This document shows positions 57,317-64,000 of a stretch of 64,000 nucleotides of DNA, in pieces. Both the position numbers and the translations under genes were made by a program. The number at the start of each line of letters is the position of its first letter. Within the stretch, counting starts at the first letter, position 1. The notes under the pieces are model-generated. The model was not told the DNA's origin. It worked only from the letters and a program-made list of their open reading frames with translations, and did not search any database. The stretch comes from Candidatus Rifleibacteriota bacterium. Lineage in GTDB: Bacteria; Muiribacteriota; Ozemobacteria; Ozemobacterales; Ozemobacteraceae. The stretch covers positions 4,037 to 68,036 of the forward strand of contig JBNJGH010000005.1 in the NCBI GenBank assembly GCA_051747585.1. Reading direction: 5' to 3'.

Positions 57317-58075
57317 ATGGCAAAAAAATGGCATCAACTAGAAAAATTAGATCATAAGGCTCTAAAAAAGCTTCAAGCTGAACGAGATCGTGCAGCTAAA
57401 CAGGCAAGAGAAGCTCAAGAGCGCAAACGCCGCATGATTATTGGCGGCGCTATTTTGTTTGGCATAATTTTCATACTCATATTCGTATCAATTATGAAAA
57501 ACAGAGCTGCCGAAGTCGCTCGCAAAGAAGAGCGCGAAAAAATGCTTTTCTCAAAAGTTGTCAAGCACTCCGGAAACCTGCAGTGGAGAAATCTAGGTAT
57601 CTGGAACAGATTTAAAGAAAATTTCGAATTCGACTCCCGGCATTCTTTCAGAACCGAAGAGGACTCAAGCGTAACTGTCAAGCTTCAGCTCGACAACCAG
57701 TTAAAGCTTGCAGCAAATTCTGAAATGACAGTTTTTCCTCCCGAGCTTGCAAAAAAAGAGAACAAGGTGGTAAAAGAAGTTGTAGAGCTCAAAAGAGGCG
57801 AAGTAACCGCCGCCATATCTCTTGACGGCCGAGGAGTTTTACATATAGAGGTCAGTGGTATTTCCGTTAAAGGTTCCTCGGGCCTGTTTAAAGTTATTTA
57901 TGAACGTAGTCAAGACAAAGGTGAAGTTGTTGTCAAAAACGGCCTGGTAGAAGTTTCCAAAATAAGAGGCAGCAGCAAGCCAACAAAAGTAGCGGGTTTT
58001 TATAAAGTTACTTTCAGTGGCAACGAAATCAGCGATCCCACCCAGGCGAGCGTTATACAATATGACTGGCGCTGA
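57317..58075 (+). CDS. Membrane protein with FecR-like C-terminal domain
   Basis: A charged N-terminus and one TM (MIIGGAILFGIIFILIFVSI) are followed by a C-terminal beta-rich segment (EVVELKRGEVTAAISLDGRGVLHIEVSGISVKGSSGLFKVIY…GEVVVKNGLVEV) resembling FecR/DUF4974 folds. Confidence 0.5.
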   Translation: MAKKWHQLEKLDHKALKKLQAERDRAAKQAREAQERKRRMIIGGAILFGIIFILIFVSIMKNRAAEVARKEEREKMLFSKVVKHSGNLQWRNLGIWNRFKENFEFDSRHSFRTEEDSSVTVKLQLDNQLKLAANSEMTVFPPELAKKENKVVKEVVELKRGEVTAAISLDGRGVLHIEVSGISVKGSSGLFKVIYERSQDKGEVVVKNGLVEVSKIRGSSKPTKVAGFYKVTFSGNEISDPTQASVIQYDWR

Positions 58076-58089
58076 AAAATTTCAAATTT

Positions 58090-60945
58090 ATGATACGCGT
58101 AATCAAAGCCAGGGTTCACAACCTTAAAGATCTTAGTGTTAATATACCCAGGAATTCTCTAACAGTTATTACCGGTGTTTCAGGTTCCGGGAAATCTTCT
58201 CTTGCATTTGACACCATTCATGCAGAAGGCCAGAGACGATACATGGAATCCTTGTCGTCTTACGCGCGCCAGTTTCTTCAACAGATGGAAAAACCTGATG
58301 TTGAAAGCATAGAAGGTCTTTCGCCAACCATAGCAATTCAGCAAAAATCAACCTCAAGAAATCCGAGATCAACTGTAGGCACCACAACCGAGCTTTACGA
58401 TTATTTCAGATTACTGTTCGCGGCCATAGGAAAACCCCACTGCCCGGAATGCGGTAGCGGAGTAGAAAGCTCAAGCCCGTCGAAAATTGTCGATAATCTG
58501 CTTAAATATCCTCTTAAAACCAGATTAACCCTACTGGCTCCTGTTATAAGAGGTAGAAAAGGCGAATATATAAAAGTATTTGAAGAGTTGCGTAAAGAGG
58601 GCCTTTCAAGAGTCAGGGTCGATGGCGATATGTGGTCTCTCGATGAAGAACTGCCCGAACTCGATCGCAATCGCAAACACAACATAGAGGTTGCAGTAGA
58701 TCGCATAAAACTTAAAAACAAAGACAACGATTCTTTGCGGGCCAGACTGAATGAAGGTGTAGAACTCTGTTTTAAACTTGCTGACGGCCAACTTCTTATT
58801 ATTATCGATTCGCCGGAACAAGACAAGCCACTGGAAAAAATATATAGTGAAAATCTTCATTGTCCGGTTTGCGATATTTCACTTCCCGAAATAAAACCAA
58901 GGCTTTTTTCTTTCAATGCTCCTTACGGATCATGCCCATCTTGCTCAGGGCTGGGAATGCAGCTTGTCGCCGAAGCCGAACTTGTGGTTCCGGACCCGGA
59001 TTTATCAATAGCTCAGGGAGCTATTGCTTCAGAGAACTTTGCAGAAGCCAGCTTTTCTCGACAATGGATGGAAGGACTGGCACAGAACTATGACTTCAGA
59101 CTCGACACACCATTTAAAAAACTGCCCGAGAAAATAAAAAACATAATCTTTTACGGCACAGGCAGCAAAAAACTCAACATTAAATATCAGGGCAGAACCA
59201 TGAAAGGCTCAATAAACAGGCCCTTTGAAGGGTTATTGCCAACAATAGAGCGTCGATTTAGAGAAACCCGTTCAGAAGGTGCCAAGCGTTTTTATGAAAA
59301 ATTTATGCGCACCCATACCTGCCCTGATTGCAACGGGCAAAGACTTGGGCCCATCGCTCTTTCTGTAAGAATCAAGGGCGAAAATATTCATCAGCTGACC
59401 CAGCATCCGGTAGGCGAGCTGGTAGAATTCTTTGACAATCTAAAACTTAATGAAAAAGAAGCTTTTATCTGTAAAAAAATTCTCGAACAAATAAAAAACA
59501 GATTAAAATTTCTCAACGACGTAGGCCTCGACTACCTTAACCTTTCGCGCGCAGCTCACACCTTGTCGGGCGGTGAGGCTCAACGCATAAGGCTTGCAAC
59601 TCAAATTGGCTCTGCTTTGGTCGGTATAACCTATGTGCTGGACGAACCAAGCATTGGCCTGCACTCAAGAGACAACAAACGCCTCATTGCCACCCTTAAA
59701 CGCCTCAGAGACATTGGCAATACCGTGTTGGTCGTAGAACATGACCGCGAAATAATGCGGGAAGCCGACAATATAATAGATCTTGGCCCCGGTGCCGGCA
59801 TAAAAGGCGGCGAACTCGTAACTGAGGGTCATTTCAACGAAGTAATTAAAGACAAAAAAAGTATGACCGGCCATTTTCTAGCAGGACGTGAGTTTATTTC
59901 CATTCCCGAAAAAAGAAGAAAAGGCAACGGCAGAAGTGCTCTCCTTAAAGGCGCTTCACACAACAACCTGAAAGATATAGAAGTCAATATACCTCTTGGC
60001 AAACTGGTTGTGATAACAGGAGTATCCGGTTCAGGCAAATCAAGCTTGGTTACAGATACGCTCTACCCGTTACTTAACAATCTAATTAACAGATCACACC
60101 TTGAAGTGGGTCGCCACAAAAAACTTCATGGTCTGGATTTTATCGATAAAGTCGTAAACATTGACCAGAAACCCATAGGCAGAACACCGAGGTCAAATCC
60201 GGCAACTTACACCGGAATATTCACTCCTGTAAGGGAACTTTTTTCCCAGACAGTTGAAGCAAAAACCAGGGGCTATGCTCCCGGCAGATTCAGTTTTAAT
60301 GTTAAGGGTGGGCGCTGCAGCGTTTGTGACGGCTCTGGTCAGATTCAAATCGAGATGCACTTTCTGCCCGATGTATATGTAACCTGCGAACAATGTAAAG
60401 GTAGAAGATTTAATGATGAAACTCTTAAAGTTAAATTCAAGGGTCTCAATATAGCCGAAGTTCTTGATATGAATGTTACCCAGGCACTTGAGTTTTTTGA
60501 ACCTTTTCTTAAAATTCGACGCCGACTGCAAACCCTGCAAGATGTCGGTCTTGGCTATATAACCCTTGGGCAGGCAAGCACTACGCTTTCGGGCGGAGAA
60601 GCTCAACGAATCAAACTCGCAACTGAATTGTCAAAAATTGCAACAGGTTCAACTTTTTATCTTCTCGACGAGCCTACTACCGGCCTGCATTTTCAAGATA
60701 TTCGCTGCCTTCTTCAGGTCCTTGACAGGTTGGTAGACAAGGGAAATACAGTAGTTGTCGTCGAACATAACCTTGATGTTATCAAGTGTGCCGACCATAT
60801 TATCGATCTCGGGCCCGAGGGGGGCGAAAAGGGAGGCTACATTGTAGCTGAAGGCCCCCCCGAGGGAATTATCAAGAATCAGCATTCAATTACCGGTAAA
60901 TTTCTGGCGGAAGAATTTGCCCGAAGTTACAAGCTTAAAAAGTAA
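58090..60945 (+). CDS. uvrA: Excinuclease ABC subunit A
   Basis: The N-terminus is MIRVIKARVHNLKDLSVNIPRNSLTVITGVSGSGKSSLAFDTI. There are two ABC modules with zinc fingers (CPECG…, CPDCNGQR, CSVCDGSG…C..C). Length is 951 aa. Confidence 0.97.
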   Translation: MIRVIKARVHNLKDLSVNIPRNSLTVITGVSGSGKSSLAFDTIHAEGQRRYMESLSSYARQFLQQMEKPDVESIEGLSPTIAIQQKSTSRNPRSTVGTTTELYDYFRLLFAAIGKPHCPECGSGVESSSPSKIVDNLLKYPLKTRLTLLAPVIRGRKGEYIKVFEELRKEGLSRVRVDGDMWSLDEELPELDRNRKHNIEVAVDRIKLKNKDNDSLRARLNEGVELCFKLADGQLLIIIDSPEQDKPLEKIYSENLHCPVCDISLPEIKPRLFSFNAPYGSCPSCSGLGMQLVAEAELVVPDPDLSIAQGAIASENFAEASFSRQWMEGLAQNYDFRLDTPFKKLPEKIKNIIFYGTGSKKLNIKYQGRTMKGSINRPFEGLLPTIERRFRETRSEGAKRFYEKFMRTHTCPDCNGQRLGPIALSVRIKGENIHQLTQHPVGELVEFFDNLKLNEKEAFICKKILEQIKNRLKFLNDVGLDYLNLSRAAHTLSGGEAQRIRLATQIGSALVGITYVLDEPSIGLHSRDNKRLIATLKRLRDIGNTVLVVEHDREIMREADNIIDLGPGAGIKGGELVTEGHFNEVIKDKKSMTGHFLAGREFISIPEKRRKGNGRSALLKGASHNNLKDIEVNIPLGKLVVITGVSGSGKSSLVTDTLYPLLNNLINRSHLEVGRHKKLHGLDFIDKVVNIDQKPIGRTPRSNPATYTGIFTPVRELFSQTVEAKTRGYAPGRFSFNVKGGRCSVCDGSGQIQIEMHFLPDVYVTCEQCKGRRFNDETLKVKFKGLNIAEVLDMNVTQALEFFEPFLKIRRRLQTLQDVGLGYITLGQASTTLSGGEAQRIKLATELSKIATGSTFYLLDEPTTGLHFQDIRCLLQVLDRLVDKGNTVVVVEHNLDVIKCADHIIDLGPEGGEKGGYIVAEGPPEGIIKNQHSITGKFLAEEFARSYKLKK

Positions 60946-60972
60946 AGATAGCAGAAGCTATTTGGGAAAATA

Positions 60973-62337
60973 ATGGCAAAAAACAAAAATATTTTTATAT
61001 GTCAAAGCTGCGGCCAAACTTATAGAAAGTGGCAAGGCCAGTGCTCAGGTTGCCAGGAATGGAACACCTTAACCGAAGAAGTGGCCCAACCGACCAAAAG
61101 AAAAACACCATCTCAAAGTTCCATGTTTAACGCAAGCCTTTCAATGATACAGACTCTCGATGAAGTTGAAATTGAAACCACTTCGAGATGGCACAGCGGC
61201 ATCGACATTTTTGATGAACTAATTGGCGGAGGCCTGGTACCTGGTGGAATTACTCTTATTGGCGGTGAACCCGGAGTCGGTAAATCAACCTTTATGCTTC
61301 AACTTGCCTCGCGACTCGGAGTACAAATTAATCCGCTTGCATACATTTCCGGCGAAGAATCTGCAACTCAAATCAAGTTAAGAGCGCAACGTCTTAATAT
61401 AGGCAATGGTAAAGACATTGTTCTGATGTCTGAACAAAATATCGATGCCGCCCTGCAGGGAATGATTTCTTATTTGCCACGAATGCTGGTGGTAGATTCC
61501 ATTCAAACGGTTTTTACTCCGCAACTCGATGCCACTCCCGGCTCTATCACCCAGATACGAGAATGCGCAGCTATTTTGACAAAATTTGGCAAAGACAGGG
61601 GTATGCCAATATTTATAATAGGGCATGTAACCAAAGAAGGGGCAATAGCCGGCCCTAAGGTTCTTGAACACATCGTTGATACTGTTTTGTATTTTGAAGG
61701 CGAGCTAAGCTCTAATTTCAGAATTTTAAGAGTGTTTAAAAATAGATTCGGGGCAACGGGCGAAGTTGCGGTTTTTCAAATGACGGATAAAGGCCTGAGT
61801 CCGGTTTTAAACCCGTCTGATCTATTTATAAGTCATAATCGCAACGAAGCCTCAGGTGTGGTGGTTGTTCCACTCTTACAGGGAAGCAGATGCATTCTTG
61901 CCGAACTACAAACCCTGGTAACCCAGTCTTTTCTTGCAATGCCAAGAAGGGTAGTATCAGGCCTGGACTCTAACAAACTTAATCTTGTAATAGCCGTTTT
62001 AGAAAAACATGGCGGCTTGAAGTTCTATAATCGTGATGTATTCGCCAATGTTGCCGGCGGACTCAAACTAACAGAACCCGGCGGAGATCTCGGACTGGCA
62101 ATTGCATTGGCTGCAAGCGCCGATGATCGAATTGTTCCGCCGGATTTGCTTTGTGCCGGAGAACTGACCCTGGCGGGAGAAGTCCGTCCGGTAGCCCAGC
62201 TGGAACGAAGAATCGCCGAAGGTCGTCGCTTCGGTTTCAAAAAATTTATTATTTCCGCCGCTTCCGAGATACCGGCCAAAAACGGTATAATCAAAGTTAA
62301 CTCTTTGAGGGAAGCTCTTTCGACCATTTTTAATTAA
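60973..62337 (+). CDS. radA: DNA repair protein RadA/Sms
   Basis: An N-terminal C4 zinc finger (CQSCGQTYRKWQGQCSGCQEWNT) is followed by a RecA-like Walker A (GGEPGVGKST), the KNRFG motif and a Lon-protease-like C-terminal domain. Confidence 0.95.
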   Translation: MAKNKNIFICQSCGQTYRKWQGQCSGCQEWNTLTEEVAQPTKRKTPSQSSMFNASLSMIQTLDEVEIETTSRWHSGIDIFDELIGGGLVPGGITLIGGEPGVGKSTFMLQLASRLGVQINPLAYISGEESATQIKLRAQRLNIGNGKDIVLMSEQNIDAALQGMISYLPRMLVVDSIQTVFTPQLDATPGSITQIRECAAILTKFGKDRGMPIFIIGHVTKEGAIAGPKVLEHIVDTVLYFEGELSSNFRILRVFKNRFGATGEVAVFQMTDKGLSPVLNPSDLFISHNRNEASGVVVVPLLQGSRCILAELQTLVTQSFLAMPRRVVSGLDSNKLNLVIAVLEKHGGLKFYNRDVFANVAGGLKLTEPGGDLGLAIALAASADDRIVPPDLLCAGELTLAGEVRPVAQLERRIAEGRRFGFKKFIISAASEIPAKNGIIKVNSLREALSTIFN

Positions 62338-62394
62338 TTTGCAATATTATCAAATAAGTTTTATATTATTTTGTGTCACCCTAGGAGGTTTGCT

Positions 62395-62670
62395 TTGAAG
62401 AAAGCCGATACAGTAACTTTTAAAGTTGATCCAAATTTGCTTGAAATTTTACAGGCAATGCCAAACAGGTCTGAGTTTATAAGAAGCGCAATTCTTAATG
62501 CACTTGACCACGTTTGTCCGCTTTGCAGCGGTTCAGGAGTATTAACCCCATCTCAAAAAGATTGTTGGGATAAATTCGCCAAAAATCATGAAATTAAAAA
62601 ATGCGCCGAAAATGATCAGATACAAATCTTCTGCAATGTCGAGCCAGAGCGACAAAATGGAGAAAAGTAA
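62395..62670 (+). CDS. Small ribbon-helix-helix (CopG/Arc-like) DNA-binding protein with C-terminal Cys/His-rich putative metal-sensing tail
   Basis: TTG start at 62395 with AGGAGG 6 nt upstream. The N-terminus KADTVTFKVDPNLLEILQAMPNRSEFIRSAILNAL gives an RHH beta-strand + helix pattern. A HVCPLCSGSG…DCWDKF…HEIKKC…FC tail follows. It sits immediately upstream of, and overlapping, znuA. Confidence 0.55.
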   Translation: MKKADTVTFKVDPNLLEILQAMPNRSEFIRSAILNALDHVCPLCSGSGVLTPSQKDCWDKFAKNHEIKKCAENDQIQIFCNVEPERQNGEK

Positions 62671-63562
62671 AAATAAAATTATTTTTACCCTGCTTCTGTC
62701 TTTTACTCTCTGCTTTGTAAGTTCCAGCTTATTCGCCCAACCTCAGACTGACGTTTTTGTCAGTATTTTGCCGCAGCAATTTTTTGTAGAAAAAATTGCT
62801 CAAAAGCTGGTAAACGTTCGTGTAATGGTGAGACCCGGCATGTCACCTGCCACATACGAGCCTTTGCCACAGCAAATGGCAGAACTGTCTCGGTCGAAAA
62901 TGTTTTTTGCAATTGGAGTGGCTTTCGAAAACTCTTTATTAAAAAAAATGCAGGCGACCTTTCCTGAAGTAAAAATATGCCATACCGACGCAGGTATCAA
63001 CAAAAGAATCATGCAGAACTCATCGGGGCATAATCATGATCATAATGGGAGCTGCGATCACCAACATGGCAGCAAAGACCCTCATATCTGGCTGGACCCC
63101 TTGCTGGTTAAGCAACAGGCGACCAATATCGCATCCGGATTGATTGAAATTTTTCCCGACAATAAAGAAACTCTTCTACAGAATCTTAAAAGCTTCCATA
63201 ACGAATTAGATAATTTACACCTCGAATTAAAAGAACAACTAAAACCTTTCACAGGCAAAGTAATGCTCGTTTTTCACCCGGCTTTCGGCTACTTTTCCGA
63301 CAGGTATGGCCTGAAACAACAAGCGATTGAAATCGAAGGCAAAGAGCCAAGTCCTCGACAGATGGCAAAACTTATTCGCCAGTGCCGCAAATTCAAAGTA
63401 AAAACACTTTTCGTTCAAAAACAGTTTGCTTCTAAAGCTGCACACGCAGTCGCAAATTCTATAGACGGCAAGGTTGTCTCTATCGATCCATTAAGACCTG
63501 ATTATTTTGCCGGTCTCAAACAAATTGCAGATTCTATTATTGAAGGTCTGCAGAATGAATGA
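62657..63562 (+). CDS. znuA: Metal (Zn/Mn) ABC transporter periplasmic substrate-binding protein, ZnuA/TroA family
   Basis: It has a signal peptide (IIFTLLLSFTLCFVSSSLFA), a cluster-9 SBP fold and the His/Asp-rich loop HNHDHNGSCDHQHGSKDPHIW typical of ZnuA. Alternative in-frame upstream starts exist, down to 62588. Confidence 0.85.
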   Translation: MEKSKNKIIFTLLLSFTLCFVSSSLFAQPQTDVFVSILPQQFFVEKIAQKLVNVRVMVRPGMSPATYEPLPQQMAELSRSKMFFAIGVAFENSLLKKMQATFPEVKICHTDAGINKRIMQNSSGHNHDHNGSCDHQHGSKDPHIWLDPLLVKQQATNIASGLIEIFPDNKETLLQNLKSFHNELDNLHLELKEQLKPFTGKVMLVFHPAFGYFSDRYGLKQQAIEIEGKEPSPRQMAKLIRQCRKFKVKTLFVQKQFASKAAHAVANSIDGKVVSIDPLRPDYFAGLKQIADSIIEGLQNE

Positions 63563-64000
63563 GCAGGGTATAATCAAATTTGAAGGAGTAAATTTTTCTT
63601 ATAGCCCTGACAATACCGTTTTACAAGACATCAATGTCAACATTTCATCGGGAGAATTTGCCTGTATAGTAGGGCCGAACGGTGGAGGCAAGACAACCTT
63701 TATAAAACTCATTCTGGGATTACTGACCCCGAACTCGGGAACAATAAAAGTGCTTGGCAAATCGCCCAGAAAATCTCTACATAAAATCGGCTACGTACCT
63801 CAACAGTCGAAATTTGACAGTAATTTCCCCGTAAGTGTGCTCGATGTGGTTTTAATGGGATGTCTTAACAAAGGTTTCTTCTGGGGCAGTTATAACAAAA
63901 AGCATAAAGAACAAGCTTATCAAGCCATCAAAGAAGTTGGCATGGAAGGCCTGGCCAACAGAAGTTTTGCCGATCTATCGGGAGGGCAACGCCAACGAAC
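63555..64000 (+). CDS. znuC: Metal ABC transporter ATP-binding protein (ZnuC-like), 5' partial in window
   Basis: The ATG overlaps the znuA stop. The Walker A is GPNGGGKTT, with a Q-loop and the start of the signature LSGGQRQR at the window edge. Confidence 0.85.
   Translation, partial: MNEQGIIKFEGVNFSYSPDNTVLQDINVNISSGEFACIVGPNGGGKTTFIKLILGLLTPNSGTIKVLGKSPRKSLHKIGYVPQQSKFDSNFPVSVLDVVLMGCLNKGFFWGSYNKKHKEQAYQAIKEVGMEGLANRSFADLSGGQRQR

Noticed and set aside
1-64000. CRISPR arrays, integrases, transposases, prophage blocks
   Set aside because: I saw no regularly spaced direct repeats and no Cas, transposase or integrase motifs. The only mobile-like signal is the small repeat element with its 188-bp insertion.

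Overview
This 64-kb window is gene-dense (~40% GC) and looks like chromosomal DNA from a diderm, LPS-containing bacterium whose outer membrane is anchored by SLH domains, with a largely housekeeping backbone (roughly 55 protein-coding genes plus one tRNA and a terminator).

Main calls:
- **Housekeeping backbone:** glyQS, argS, tmk, rapZ, spoVG–tRNA-Gln–glmU-like–prs, lgt, hemW, uvrA, radA, and the start of a znuA/znuC metal-uptake operon.
- **Envelope, signalling and regulatory genes:** several envelope gene clusters, many TPR proteins, a dense c-di-GMP set (two GGDEF proteins, one HD-GYP protein), a sigma-54 activator and an RsbW/RsbV-type partner-switching pair.

No CRISPR array, integrase or transposase was seen.

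Candidates for something new, in order of interest:
1. A conserved, modular ~165-nt non-coding element present twice in the same orientation, each copy ending about 100 nt upstream of a + strand gene (glyQS and a PIN–PhoH 'PhoH2' gene). One copy carries a 188-bp insertion flanked by a 9-bp direct repeat, so this may be an sRNA, MITE or regulatory-repeat family.
2. A 1.3-kb stretch with almost no coding capacity, holding only a 44-aa zinc-ribbon protein and a small coiled-coil protein, directly upstream of PhoH2.
3. An apparent long operon PhoH2 – three pseudopilins (Ala at the −1 position) – FecR-like protein – uvrA – radA. Its content suggests a DNA-uptake or DNA-repair-linked pseudopilus.
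4. A YmdB homolog with most active-site residues replaced, likely a pseudoenzyme.
5. A protein combining an HPD-less J-like domain, TPR repeats and two cold-shock domains.
6. A small ribbon-helix-helix plus Cys-rich regulator at the head of the znu operon.
7. A GlmU homolog lacking the acetyltransferase half.

All functional calls rest on motifs read directly from the translations. No database searches were run.
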